A stretch of 64,000 nucleotides of DNA from Gemmatimonadota bacterium (GTDB taxonomy: Bacteria; Gemmatimonadota; Gemmatimonadetes; Palauibacterales; Palauibacteraceae): contig JBHHYJ010000002.1 of the NCBI GenBank assembly GCA_046757485.1, forward strand, positions 8,073-72,072, written 5' to 3'. The notes under the pieces are model-generated. The model searched no databases and was not told the origin of the DNA. It worked only from the letters and a program-made list of their open reading frames with translations. Both the position numbers and the translations under genes were made by a program. Position 1 is the first letter of the stretch. Each line of letters begins with the position of its first letter. Positions 1 through 9,222 of the stretch are shown here, piece by piece.

Positions 1-226
1 GGAGCTCGGACTCGTGTACGACATCGAGGTGGAGGACGGGAACGCCCGGGTGACCATGACTCTGACCAGCCCCGGGTGCCCGGCCGGCGGCCAGATTCTC
101 AGCGGCGCCCAGGCCGCCGCCGCCTCCGTGACGGGAGTGGAGACGGCGGAGGTGAACCTCGTGTGGAAGCCGTTCTGGACGCCGGACCGCATCGATCCGA
201 AGGTGCGGGCCGTGATGGGCTTCTGA
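1..226 (+). CDS. DUF59/MIP18-family Fe-S cluster assembly protein (SufT/PaaD-like), C-terminal part. The gene begins upstream of the window.
   Basis: The frame is open from position 2 (ELGLVYDIEV...). Motifs TMTLTSPGCP and LVWKPFWTPDRI are typical of the DUF59 family. Stop at 224-226. Confidence 0.6.
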   Translation, partial: ELGLVYDIEVEDGNARVTMTLTSPGCPAGGQILSGAQAAAASVTGVETAEVNLVWKPFWTPDRIDPKVRAVMGF

Positions 227-278
227 GACCCGGCATGCCGACGATACGACACGCGGAGCGGGCGCCTGCGCCCCGGGA

Positions 279-698
279 GTGGAGCTGAATCCGATGCTCC
301 TCCGCCTCTTCCTGCTCTTCACCCTCGTCCCTTTGGTGGAGCTTGTCGTCCTCATCCGGCTGGGAGCGCTTTTCGGATTCGGGCCGACGCTCCTCCTGGT
401 CCTCGGGACCGGGATGGCAGGGGCGTGGCTGGCCCGAAGGGAGGGACTGCGGAGCTGGCGCGCGGTCCAGGCCGAGCTCGGAGAGGGACGGTTGCCGGGC
501 GAGGAGCTGGTACACGGCCTCCTGATCCTGGGGGCCGGCATCGTCCTCATCACCCCGGGCGTCTTCACGGACCTGGCCGGGATTCTTCTGCTCGTGCGTC
601 CCGTCCGGACGGCGCTGATTCGGCGAGTGCGGACCCGGATGGAGCGAACCCTGGAGAGCGAGGCGGCCGACCGGCGGCCTCGGATCATCGAGGTGTAG
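279..698 (+). CDS. fxsA: FxsA family cytoplasmic membrane protein
   Basis: 139 aa. Two N-terminal TM helices (LLRLFLLFTLVPLVELVVLIRLG...), a conserved GxxGxxLxTPGxxTD-like core (LITPGVFTDLAGILLLV) and a basic tail. Probable true start is M at about 294. Confidence 0.65.
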   Translation: MELNPMLLRLFLLFTLVPLVELVVLIRLGALFGFGPTLLLVLGTGMAGAWLARREGLRSWRAVQAELGEGRLPGEELVHGLLILGAGIVLITPGVFTDLAGILLLVRPVRTALIRRVRTRMERTLESEAADRRPRIIEV

Positions 699-702
699 CG
701 GG

Positions 703-1347
703 ATGACGCGATGGGCCGTCAGTCGCTCCGGATGCCCGACCCGCGCCCGGAGGGAGCGGCCGCTCGCCGCGGCTCGCGCCTCGACGCGGAAGGGCTCGGT
801 CCGACGGCTCGCCGTGGCTCCGTTCGCGCTCGCCCTGGTGGCGCTCGCTCCGGCCGACTCGCGTCTGCCGTCGGCCTCGGGCGGGACTGTCCTCTCTACG
901 CCGTCCGCCGGCCTCTGGGCCTGCCCGACCGCGGACCCACAGAGGGTGCTCCTCAAAGCCACCTCCTCCACCGGCGGGGGGTCGGGCTACGTGGAGCTCA
1001 CGATGGCCACCTCGCCGTTCGGAGTCTCCGTCTCCCCGGCCGGACACTACCTGTTCGACCTCAAGGTGGCGGTTCAGCAGCTCCGTCGGCGACCCGGCCT
1101 CTCGTATGTCGTGTGGGTCGCCACCCCCGAGCTGGACAGGGTGAGGAAGCTCGGCGTGTTGGGAGAGGGCGGGGTCGTCTCGGGCCAGGTCGACTGGAAC
1201 AAGTTCCTCGTCTTCGTGACGGCCGAAACGAGCACGGAGGTCTCGACGTGGAAGGGCCCGATCCTCCTTACCGCTCTCTCCCCGAGCGGGCTGATGCACA
1301 CGATGCGAGGACACGGGATCTTCGAGGCACACGGCATCGGCTGCTGA
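703..1347 (+). CDS. Hypothetical secreted protein with a Met/His-rich C-terminus (possible periplasmic metal-binding protein)
   Basis: Signal-peptide-like LAVAPFALALVALAPADS. C-terminal MHTMRGHGIFEAHGIGC. The protein text is non-repetitive, whereas the overlapping frame 711-1400 is Arg/Gly low-complexity. It lies directly upstream of a multicopper oxidase. True start uncertain. Confidence 0.45.
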   Translation: MTRWAVSRSGCPTRARRERPLAAARASTRKGSVRRLAVAPFALALVALAPADSRLPSASGGTVLSTPSAGLWACPTADPQRVLLKATSSTGGGSGYVELTMATSPFGVSVSPAGHYLFDLKVAVQQLRRRPGLSYVVWVATPELDRVRKLGVLGEGGVVSGQVDWNKFLVFVTAETSTEVSTWKGPILLTALSPSGLMHTMRGHGIFEAHGIGC

Positions 1348-1416
1348 AGGCGTGGGCCGCGGCACAGCCACCCGGGAGCGTCGGTACCCGCTGCTCGTGA
1401 ACCGCTTCACCTCACC

Positions 1417-3141
1417 GTGAAGAGCCCGGGAGCCGCGTCCGCCGCTCTGCTGCTCGCCGTGCTCCCGCGCGTGACCGCGGGACAGGCCGGGGAGCGCGTG
1501 GAGACGCGGTCGGCCGGACAGGCGGAAGAGGAGGCTCTGGCCGCCCGCTGGCGGATGCCCCCCATGGAGATGGCGATGCCGATGCTCCCGGGGCTGCGGG
1601 ACCTCGTGCCCGATGTCTCCCCGTTCCTTCCCGGGCTGGGGGCAGACCTGACCGAGCTCCCGGAGGCGCGCCCTCCGTCCGTCGTCCGGCTGACCGACGG
1701 AGACACGCTCGACCTCGAGGCGGCCCTCCTGCGTCGCACGCTCGGGGACCGGGCCGTCAAGCTCTACGGTTTCAACGGAGAGCAGCCCGGCCCCCTGATT
1801 CGGGTTCGCCGGGGAGCCACCATCGTCGTCCGCTTCAGGAACCGGATCGAGCTTCCCATCACGCTCCGGTGGCACGGCGTCCGGCTGGAGAACCGTTACG
1901 ACGGCGTGCCCGGCCTGACCCAGAAGCCGGTCAGCCCCGGGGAGTCCTTCGTGTACCGGGTCCGGTTCGACGATCCCGGGCTTTTCTGGTATCACCCTCA
2001 TCAGCACGGGGAGATCGCCCAGGACCTCGGCCTGTACGGAAACATCCTCGTCGAGCCCGACCGGACGGACTACTACGCCCCGGTGAACCGGGAGGCGTTC
2101 CTCCTGCTCGACGACCTGCAGGTGGATGAGAAAGGGCTGCTGCCGTACGGGTTCGAGGCGCCGAACAACGCCCTCATGGGGCGGTTCGGCAATCTCCGCC
2201 TGGTGAACGGCGAGCCGGCGTACTCCCTCGAGGTCCACAGGGGAGAGGTCGTCCGGTTCTACGTCACCAACGCCTCGAACACGCGCACCTTCAACCTTTC
2301 CATGGGCCAGGCGCCGATGAAGCTGGTGGCCGCCGACCTGAGCAAGTACGAGCGGGAGGTCCGGGTGCCGAACGTGCCGGTCGCCCCGGGGCAGCGCTAC
2401 GTGATCGATGTCCACTTCCCCACCCCGGGCCGGGTGGCGATCACCAGCCACATCCAGGCGATGAACCATTTCGCCGGCGTGTTCGAGCCGCGGGTGGACA
2501 CGCTCGGAGCGGTGGTCGTGGACGAGAAGGCGGTGCAGGAGGAGTACGCCGAGGAGTTCGAGGAGCTCCGCGAGAACGAGGATGTGCGGGCCGACGTGGA
2601 GGGCCTGCGTGATTCCTTCGATCGACCCGTGGACCGGGAGCTGGTGCTCTCCGCCCGGGTAGGGGCCCTTCCCACCGTGGTCCTCGCGGTCATGGCGATG
2701 GACACGCTCTACTACCCACCGATCGAGTGGAACGACGCCATGCCGATGATGAACTGGCTCTCCACGGGTCGGGAGGTGCGGTGGATCGTGCACGAACCCG
2801 TCGCCGGCGGAGGGACGGCGGAGCTCCGACCGGCGGTCGGCTGGCGGTTTCGGCAGCACGACATCGTGAAGCTGCGGATTCGGAACCCCGCGCGCGGGTT
2901 CCATCCGATGCAACACCCGATTCATCTGCACGGACAGCGCTTCCTCGTCCTCGAGAGGGACGGAGTGCGGCAGTCCAACTTCGTGTGGCGGGACACGGTG
3001 CTCCTTCCGGTGGGGGCCACGGTGGATCTCCTGGTGGAGATGTCGAATCCGGGCCGCTGGATGCTGAACTGCCAGATTCCCGAGCACCTGGGATCCGGGA
3101 TGGCGATCACCTTCACGGTGCTTCCCTCTCCCGCCCGGTGA
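1417..3141 (+). CDS. Multicopper oxidase family protein (three-domain, laccase/CueO-like) with a non-canonical trinuclear copper site
   Basis: 574 aa with a Sec signal peptide. Cupredoxin motifs LRWHG, WYHPHQHG, HPIHLHG and C-terminal LNCQIPEHLGSGM. The T1 ligands Cys, His and Met are present, but the flanking T3 His residues are N and Q. GTG start. Confidence 0.85.
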   Translation: MKSPGAASAALLLAVLPRVTAGQAGERVETRSAGQAEEEALAARWRMPPMEMAMPMLPGLRDLVPDVSPFLPGLGADLTELPEARPPSVVRLTDGDTLDLEAALLRRTLGDRAVKLYGFNGEQPGPLIRVRRGATIVVRFRNRIELPITLRWHGVRLENRYDGVPGLTQKPVSPGESFVYRVRFDDPGLFWYHPHQHGEIAQDLGLYGNILVEPDRTDYYAPVNREAFLLLDDLQVDEKGLLPYGFEAPNNALMGRFGNLRLVNGEPAYSLEVHRGEVVRFYVTNASNTRTFNLSMGQAPMKLVAADLSKYEREVRVPNVPVAPGQRYVIDVHFPTPGRVAITSHIQAMNHFAGVFEPRVDTLGAVVVDEKAVQEEYAEEFEELRENEDVRADVEGLRDSFDRPVDRELVLSARVGALPTVVLAVMAMDTLYYPPIEWNDAMPMMNWLSTGREVRWIVHEPVAGGGTAELRPAVGWRFRQHDIVKLRIRNPARGFHPMQHPIHLHGQRFLVLERDGVRQSNFVWRDTVLLPVGATVDLLVEMSNPGRWMLNCQIPEHLGSGMAITFTVLPSPAR

Positions 3142-3830
3142 AGGAGAGCCCGGGCGTCGGACGGAGGTCCGCTCGTCGGCTCGCCCTCGCGGCGGCCCTG
3201 TGGGCCGGGATCGCCTGGATTCCGGCGGACGTCGCCCCGGCGAGCGGGGCAGGCGGTCCGCACGAGGCCAGGGGCCGGCTCGAAGGCCGGGTCTCCTGGA
3301 GTGGCGGCCCACTCCCCGAGTGGGAGAGCGTCACCGATGTCGTCGTGTACCTCCTCGGAGGTGACCTCGAGGACGCCACGCACACTCCGGCCGTGCCGGC
3401 CGTGCTCGCGCAGAAGGACTTCACGTACGTGCCGCACGTCCTCCCGATCGCCGTGCGCGCGGCGCTCACGATCACGAACGGCGACACGGCTCTGCACAAC
3501 ATTCACACATACAGCAAGGGCCGGCGCCGGAATCCGTCCTTCAACCGCGCCCAGCGGGCCCACACCACGCTGACGACGGCGTTCCGCGCCCCCGACAGCC
3601 TCCTCGTCCTGTGCGACATCCACCCGCAGATGGAGGCCCACATCATGGTCCTCCCGAACCCGTACTTCGCGAAGCCCGACGAGAAAGGCGCTTACACGAT
3701 CACGGAGATCCCGGCCGGCCGATACGAGCTGGTGGCCTGGCATCCGAGCTACACCTCGGTGCGAGACACGGTGGAGGTCGAGGCGGGGCGCACCACGCGG
3801 ACGGACCTCGTCTTCGCGGCCCAGCCATGA
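3138..3830 (+). CDS. Cupredoxin-like (type-1 copper) protein, secreted
   Basis: GTG start at 3138 overlaps the oxidase stop as GTGA. N-terminal GRRSARRLALAAALWAGIAW signal. His (ALHNIH) plus CDIHPQM (C-x2-H-x2-M) form a blue-copper ligand set. Confidence 0.6.
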   Translation: MKESPGVGRRSARRLALAAALWAGIAWIPADVAPASGAGGPHEARGRLEGRVSWSGGPLPEWESVTDVVVYLLGGDLEDATHTPAVPAVLAQKDFTYVPHVLPIAVRAALTITNGDTALHNIHTYSKGRRRNPSFNRAQRAHTTLTTAFRAPDSLLVLCDIHPQMEAHIMVLPNPYFAKPDEKGAYTITEIPAGRYELVAWHPSYTSVRDTVEVEAGRTTRTDLVFAAQP

Positions 3831-4068
3831 TCACGCCGCCGGCTCCCACCCCGGTCGCCCTTCGGCCTCGCCGCCGGCCATCGCCCCCCGTCCAGGTGCC
3901 GCCGCCATGGCCGCCGCACACGTGCGCGGACGGACCACGGCGAAGTACCTTCCGGTGCCAGGAGCCGGTCCGAGTCATGTCGCGGCCGCGCGCAGGGGTC
4001 TTTGGGTGCGCTCAGCCGCGACCGTGGGCCTCGAGTTCATCGTGACGACGTCGCAGCAGGAGGAAGAG

Positions 4069-5487
4069 ATGAGGCGAAGATTCCCGTCGGCTAAGAACCC
4101 TTTCACCTCGGCATGTGCCGGCGCCCTCCTCGTGGCGGCGGGTCCGGCGATCCTCGCCCACCCCGCTCTCGCCCAGCCGAGCCAGCCCGTGGTGACGCGC
4201 GGGACTCCCAACATCGAGGTCCTCGGGCACCGCCCGCTCGGGCCGGCGCTCAGCGTGGCAGACCTCGACGTCGAGCAGGAGCTTTCCCGGCCGTACGCCT
4301 ACGTCGCCCGGATGGCGTTCGGCCCGACGGGCACCAAGGGCACCGACATCATCGACATCAGCGATCCCTCGAGTCCGCGGGTGGTTTACCGGTGGCGGAT
4401 CGAGAACCAGGAGCTTCACCAACGGACGGGCGGGATGGACGTGAAGCACTTCAAGTGGAAGAACCGCTACTACGTCGTCCAATCCCTCCAGTTCGGCCAG
4501 GGAGGCCCGGACACGGACCTGGGGGCGGTCGTCCTCGACGTCACCGGACTCCCCGACGCCGCGAAGGTCAAGGAGGTGGCCCGCATCCGGGAGCCGGAGC
4601 ACCCCGGGGGTTTTCACAACATCTTCATCTACCGGCACTCCGACGGGCGGGTGTACCTCTTCACCACGATCCGGGGCCCGGGCGCCAACGTCTACGATCT
4701 GGGCAACGTCGTGGAGGGAAAGCCGGAGTCCGACTGGCGGGTGGCGAACGTCCCCGTGCCGCCGAGCCCGGAGTCCGCGGCCCTGCCGGTCCCCGGCGGG
4801 TTCTACCACGACTTCTACGTCGGCTTCCACCCGGCGACCGGCCAGGACCGTTTCTACGGGGGCGGGTCGGGCGGCTACTACATCTACGACGTGACCGACC
4901 TCCAGAGCCCGACGCTCCTCACCTCGATCACCGGCGTCTCCGGCGTCCGCTGGGGCCATACCTTCACCCCGACGCCCGATGGCAACTACGCCGTCGGCGA
5001 GACGGAGTACCAGTACGCCCCGCTCCGCATCTACGATCTCCGGCCCGGCCTGAACGGCGAGGTGCCGACGATCCGCGCCCCGATCGGCGCCTGGACAGCG
5101 AACTGGAAGAACCTGGCCCACAACCACGAGGTCCGTTGGCCGTACGTCTTCGTCTCCGGCTACCTGGACGGGCTCCAGGTGTTCGACATGCAGGACCCCG
5201 CGAACCCGATCACGGTGGGCTACTACGACACGTACCTCGGACCGTCGGCCGACCCCAGCAATCCCTCCTCCATCTTCAACGGGGCGTTCGGAGTGGACGT
5301 GCGGAACGCCGACGGCCTCATCGTCGTGAGCGACATGACGACCGGCTTCTGGACCTTCCGCATGGAGGGGTTCCAGGGGTGGAACGGCCACGACTGGGGA
5401 ATGCCGAACGTCTCCAGCGCCCAGGACTGGGAGAACGGTCCAGAGGGCGCCGTCCGGATGACGACCGACGAGGACAGCGGAGACTGA
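4069..5487 (+). CDS. Secreted LVIVD-repeat beta-propeller protein, tandem paralogue 1
   Basis: ATG at 4069 preceded by AGGAGGAAG. Signal peptide MRRRFPSAKNPFTSACAGALLVAAGPAILAHPALA. It has GLIVVSD-type LVIVD repeats. About 75-80% identity to the next two ORFs. Confidence 0.7.
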   Translation: MRRRFPSAKNPFTSACAGALLVAAGPAILAHPALAQPSQPVVTRGTPNIEVLGHRPLGPALSVADLDVEQELSRPYAYVARMAFGPTGTKGTDIIDISDPSSPRVVYRWRIENQELHQRTGGMDVKHFKWKNRYYVVQSLQFGQGGPDTDLGAVVLDVTGLPDAAKVKEVARIREPEHPGGFHNIFIYRHSDGRVYLFTTIRGPGANVYDLGNVVEGKPESDWRVANVPVPPSPESAALPVPGGFYHDFYVGFHPATGQDRFYGGGSGGYYIYDVTDLQSPTLLTSITGVSGVRWGHTFTPTPDGNYAVGETEYQYAPLRIYDLRPGLNGEVPTIRAPIGAWTANWKNLAHNHEVRWPYVFVSGYLDGLQVFDMQDPANPITVGYYDTYLGPSADPSNPSSIFNGAFGVDVRNADGLIVVSDMTTGFWTFRMEGFQGWNGHDWGMPNVSSAQDWENGPEGAVRMTTDEDSGD

Positions 5488-5494
5488 GAGGACC

Positions 5495-6892
5495 ATGAGA
5501 CACGGAACGGTGCGGGCGTGGGTGCCGGTTCTCCTGGCCGGGGGCGCCCTCGGGGCGCTCCCGCCGGCTCCGCTGGGAGCCCAGCAGGCGTACCTGGAGC
5601 GCCGGGGGGGCGGCATCGAGGTTCTCGGCCACCTGCCGCTGGGACCCGCTCTCAGCGTGGCCGACGTGGAGATCGAGCAGGATCTCTCCCGGCCGTTCGC
5701 CTACGTGGCCCGCATGCAGTATCGGGACGTCGGGGAGAAGGGGCTGGACGTCATCGACATCAGCGATCCCTCGAGTCCGCGGGTGATCTACCGGTGGCGG
5801 ATCGAGAACCAGGAGCTCCACCAGCGGACGGGCGGGATGGACGTGAAGCAGTTCAAGTGGAAGAGACGCTACTACGTCGTCCAGTCCCTCCAGTTCGGCC
5901 AGGGAGGGCCGGACCCGGATCTGGGGGCGGTCGTGCTCGACGTCACCGGGCTCCCTGATCCCGCGAAGGTGAAGGAGGTGGCCCGGATCCGGGAGCCCGA
6001 GCTGCCCGGGGGCTTCCACAACATCTTCGTGTACCGGCACTCCGACGGGCGGGTCTACCTCCTCTCCACCGTCTCCGGCCCGTTCGCCCACGTCTACGAT
6101 CTGGGGAACGTCGTGGAGGGGAAGGCCCGTGAAAGCTGGCTCGCGGCGCGGGTCCCCGTGCCCCCGGCGGCGGAGGAGCAGGGGCGTCGCACGGGCCGGC
6201 TGCGCGGCTACCACGACTTCTACGTCGGCTTCCACCCGGCCAGCGGCCAGGACCGCTTCTACGGGGGCGGCACCGGGGGATACTACGTGTACGACATCAC
6301 CGACCTGCGGAGCCCTCGCCTGCTCACCTCCATCGTGGGGGTGGCCGGCGTTCGCGGCGGACACACCTTCACGCCGACGCCCGACGGCCGCTATGCGGTC
6401 GGCGAGACGGAGTACCAGTACGCCCCGCTCCGCATCTACGATCTCCAGCCCGGCCTGAACGGCGAGCTGCCCGCGATCCGTCGCTCGATCGGCGCCTGGA
6501 CGGCGGACTGGAAGCACCTGTCCCACAACCACGAGGTCCGCTGGCCGTACGTCTTCGTCTCCGGTTACGAGGACGGGCTCCAGGTCTTCAGCCTCCTGGA
6601 TCCCGCGAACCCGGTGACCGTCGGGTACTACGACACGTACCCCGGCCCTCACAAGGTCGGGGCGTGCCGGGACCGGGTCTGCAACGGGGCGTTCGGGGTG
6701 GACGTGCGGAACGCCGACGGCCTCATCGTGGTCAGCGACTCGAGCACGGGCTTCTGGAGCTTCCGCATGGAGGGGTTCCAGGGGTGGAACGGCCGCGACT
6801 GGGGAGTGCCGAACATCTCCAGCGCCCAGGATTGGGAGAACGGTCCCGAGGGGGCCACCCGGGTCGCCGACGACGAGGATGCCGGAGGCTGA
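5495..6892 (+). CDS. Secreted LVIVD-repeat beta-propeller protein, tandem paralogue 2
   Basis: 465 aa. Signal peptide MRHGTVRAWVPVLLAGGALGAL. Long blocks of identity with paralogue 1 (IEVLGHxPLGPALSVAD, YVVQSLQFGQGGPD, WPYVFVSGY, GLIVVSD). Confidence 0.7.
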   Translation: MRHGTVRAWVPVLLAGGALGALPPAPLGAQQAYLERRGGGIEVLGHLPLGPALSVADVEIEQDLSRPFAYVARMQYRDVGEKGLDVIDISDPSSPRVIYRWRIENQELHQRTGGMDVKQFKWKRRYYVVQSLQFGQGGPDPDLGAVVLDVTGLPDPAKVKEVARIREPELPGGFHNIFVYRHSDGRVYLLSTVSGPFAHVYDLGNVVEGKARESWLAARVPVPPAAEEQGRRTGRLRGYHDFYVGFHPASGQDRFYGGGTGGYYVYDITDLRSPRLLTSIVGVAGVRGGHTFTPTPDGRYAVGETEYQYAPLRIYDLQPGLNGELPAIRRSIGAWTADWKHLSHNHEVRWPYVFVSGYEDGLQVFSLLDPANPVTVGYYDTYPGPHKVGACRDRVCNGAFGVDVRNADGLIVVSDSSTGFWSFRMEGFQGWNGRDWGVPNISSAQDWENGPEGATRVADDEDAGG

Positions 6893-6936
6893 ACCGACCT
6901 CCCAACAGACCAGCTTCCGGAGCCACAGAGGAGCCG

Positions 6937-8337
6937 ATGAAGCAGACTCGCCTTCCGAGACCGATTCCGATCTCCGCCCTTGCCCTGACCGCGACGCTCG
7001 GCGCGGGCCCGATCCCCGGCCACGGGCTTCGAGCCCAGGAGCGGGAGGGGTACCTGAGGAGGGGCACCGACAACGTCGAGGTGCTCAGCCATCTGCCTCT
7101 GGGCCCGGCGCTCAGCGTGGGCGACCTCGACATCGAGCAGGAGCTCTCGCGGCCGTTCGTCTACATCGCCCGCACCGCGGTCGGCCAGGTGGGCGAGCGG
7201 GGGATGGACGTCATCGACGTCGGCGACCCGCGCCATCCGAAGGTCATCTACCGGTGGCGGATCGAGAACCAGGAGCTCCACCAGGGTCGCGGCGGTCGGG
7301 ACCAGAAGCACTTCAAGTGGAAGGGACGCTACTACCATGCGATCTCGCTGCAGTTCGGGCAGGGCGGGCCGGACGCGGACCTGGGGGCGGTGATCCTCGA
7401 CGTGACCGGGCTCCCGGACCCGAAGAAGGTAAAGGAGGTGGCTCGCATCCGGGAGCCGGAGCTGCCCGGCGGGTTCCACAACATCTTCGTCTACCGGCAC
7501 TCCGACGGCCGGGTGTATCTGTTCACCACGCTCCGGGGGCCGGGCGCCAACGTCTACGATCTGGGGAGCCTCGTCGAGGGGAGGCCCGAGGCGGAGTGGA
7601 AGGTGGCCAACGTCCCCGTCCCGCCCGGGCCGGCGACGGGGGGCGGTCCCGGACAGGCGTTCTACCACGACTTCTACGTGGGCTTTCACCCGGCCAGCGG
7701 TCAGGACCGCTTCTACGGGGGCGGAGCGGGGGGCTACTACGTCTACGACGTCACCGACCTCCGGGAGCCGAAGCTCCTCACCTCGATCACGGGCGTCGCG
7801 GGGGTCCGCTGGGGCCACACCTTCACCCCGAGCCCCGACGGACGCTACGCGGTCGGCGAGACGGAGTACCAGTACGCCCCGCTTCGCGTCTACGATCTCA
7901 AGCCGGGCCTGGACGGTGAGGTGCCGACGATCCGCTCCTCGATCGGAGCCTGGACGGCGAACTGGCGGAACCTGGCCCACAACCACGAGGTCCGCTGGCC
8001 GTACGTCTTCGTCTCCGCCTACGAGGACGGTCTCCAGGTCTTCGGCCTGATGGACCCGAAGAATCCCGTCACCGTGGGCTACTACGACACGTACATCGGC
8101 CCCCACAAGGTGGGGCTGTGCGGCGACCGGATCTGCAACGGGGCGTTCGGGGTGGACGTGCGGAACGCCGACGGCCTCATCGTGGTGGGCGACATGAGCT
8201 CGGGCTTCTGGGCGTTTCGCCTGGAGGGTTTCGACGGCTGGAACGGGCACGACTGGGGGATGCCGAACATCTCCAGCGCCCAGGACTGGGAGCACGGCCC
8301 GGAGGACGCGGCGGCCGGGATGGAGGGCGGCCGCTAA
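6937..8337 (+). CDS. Secreted LVIVD-repeat beta-propeller protein, tandem paralogue 3
   Basis: ATG at 6937 with AGGAGC upstream. Signal peptide MKQTRLPRPIPISALALTATLGA. Same conserved blocks as paralogues 1 and 2. The upstream part of track ORF 6664-8337 is a spurious extension. Confidence 0.7.
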   Translation: MKQTRLPRPIPISALALTATLGAGPIPGHGLRAQEREGYLRRGTDNVEVLSHLPLGPALSVGDLDIEQELSRPFVYIARTAVGQVGERGMDVIDVGDPRHPKVIYRWRIENQELHQGRGGRDQKHFKWKGRYYHAISLQFGQGGPDADLGAVILDVTGLPDPKKVKEVARIREPELPGGFHNIFVYRHSDGRVYLFTTLRGPGANVYDLGSLVEGRPEAEWKVANVPVPPGPATGGGPGQAFYHDFYVGFHPASGQDRFYGGGAGGYYVYDVTDLREPKLLTSITGVAGVRWGHTFTPSPDGRYAVGETEYQYAPLRVYDLKPGLDGEVPTIRSSIGAWTANWRNLAHNHEVRWPYVFVSAYEDGLQVFGLMDPKNPVTVGYYDTYIGPHKVGLCGDRICNGAFGVDVRNADGLIVVGDMSSGFWAFRLEGFDGWNGHDWGMPNISSAQDWEHGPEDAAAGMEGGR

Positions 8338-8440
8338 GCCGGTCCGGCCCGTCCGGTCTGACTTCCTCTCAACGAGCTGCACCGTAACCGACCGTCCGCG
8401 GCGTCAAGCGGAGGCGGGAACCCGCGGCGAACCGCAAGCG

Positions 8441-9148
8441 TTGACGGTCAACAACCTGGCGCCGAACGACAGCCTGGCTTCGGCGATCAACGCGGCCACC
8501 TTCGTGCTCAAAGCGGACGTGATCAGCGCCAGCTGGGGGATCGGTCCGGCACCCGACCCCGCGATCGCCCAACAGCTCGAGTGGGCCGTCAAGGACGGAC
8601 GGAAGCCCGACCTGCCCTTCTTTCCCCCTCTGGGCACGCCCGTGGTCTTCTCGGCCGGCAACACGAGGGGTTCCGTCGCCTTCCCTGCCAGCGACTCGAA
8701 CGCGATCGCTGTGAGCGGGCTGGACCGCACGGGGGCCTTGTGGGAAGACCCCGACCCAACCCGCGGCAGCAACTTCGGGGCCGAGATCGAGATCGCCGCC
8801 TTCAGCGGCAGCGGCGCGGCGTGCTTCGGGGAGATCACGACGACGGACCTCTCGGGGGCGGAGGGGTGCAACAACGGGCCGGGGGGCAACGTGAACTACA
8901 CCACAGGGTTCAGCGGGACCTCGGCAGCGGCCCCGCAGGTGGCCGGCGCCATCGCGCTGCTCCTGCAGAGCGAGCCAGGCCTCACGGTCGCACAGGTCCG
9001 CCAGCGGCTGGCGAGCTCGGCGGACAAGGGGAATACAGGCTTCTGGAACAATTCCCTCAGGTTCGGCGCGGGGAAGCTGAACGTGGGCGCCCTGCTCGGC
9101 GTGTGGCCGCCGCCCGGGAGCTGTGCCCCGAACCAGGTCGTCTGCTGA
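8441..9148 (+). pseudogene. 5'-truncated subtilisin-like serine protease (peptidase S8) remnant
   Basis: Contains the S8 oxyanion-hole region VVFSAGN and the catalytic Ser motif GTSAAAPQVAGAIALL. It lacks the N-terminal signal/propeptide, the Asp (DTG) and the His (HGT) blocks. The only start is TTG at 8441, and the frame stays open upstream into paralogue 3 without a start codon. Confidence 0.55.
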
Positions 9149-9222
9149 GGGTGGAGGCGACGCTCGAGCGCTGCCGTCGCGTGTATAGAACGCCAGCCTG
9201 TGACGGGCACGGTAGCCGGCGC

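Larger units (their letters stand above)
4069..8337 (+). repeat. Tandem triplication of an ~1.4-kb gene unit (the three LVIVD beta-propeller paralogues)
   Basis: Protein and DNA blocks are near-identical across the three units. Intergenic gaps are 7 and 44 nt. Confidence 0.8.

Noticed and set aside
685-3312. 875-aa minus-strand ORF covering the first oxidase region
   Set aside because: Antisense to a well-supported multicopper oxidase gene. The translation is Arg/Gly/Pro low-complexity, typical of a high-GC antisense artefact.
4012-8382. Three long minus-strand ORFs (4012-5616, 5318-6652, 6649-8382)
   Set aside because: Antisense to the three beta-propeller paralogues. Translations are low-complexity (R/G/P/D-rich) with no motifs. 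The plus-strand genes have signal peptides and conserved repeats.
8581-9222. N-terminal 214 codons of track ORF 8581-10419
   Set aside because: Overlaps the S8 remnant in another frame and is Arg/Gly-rich. The RCC1 lipoprotein has a proper signal and lipobox starting at ATG 9223.
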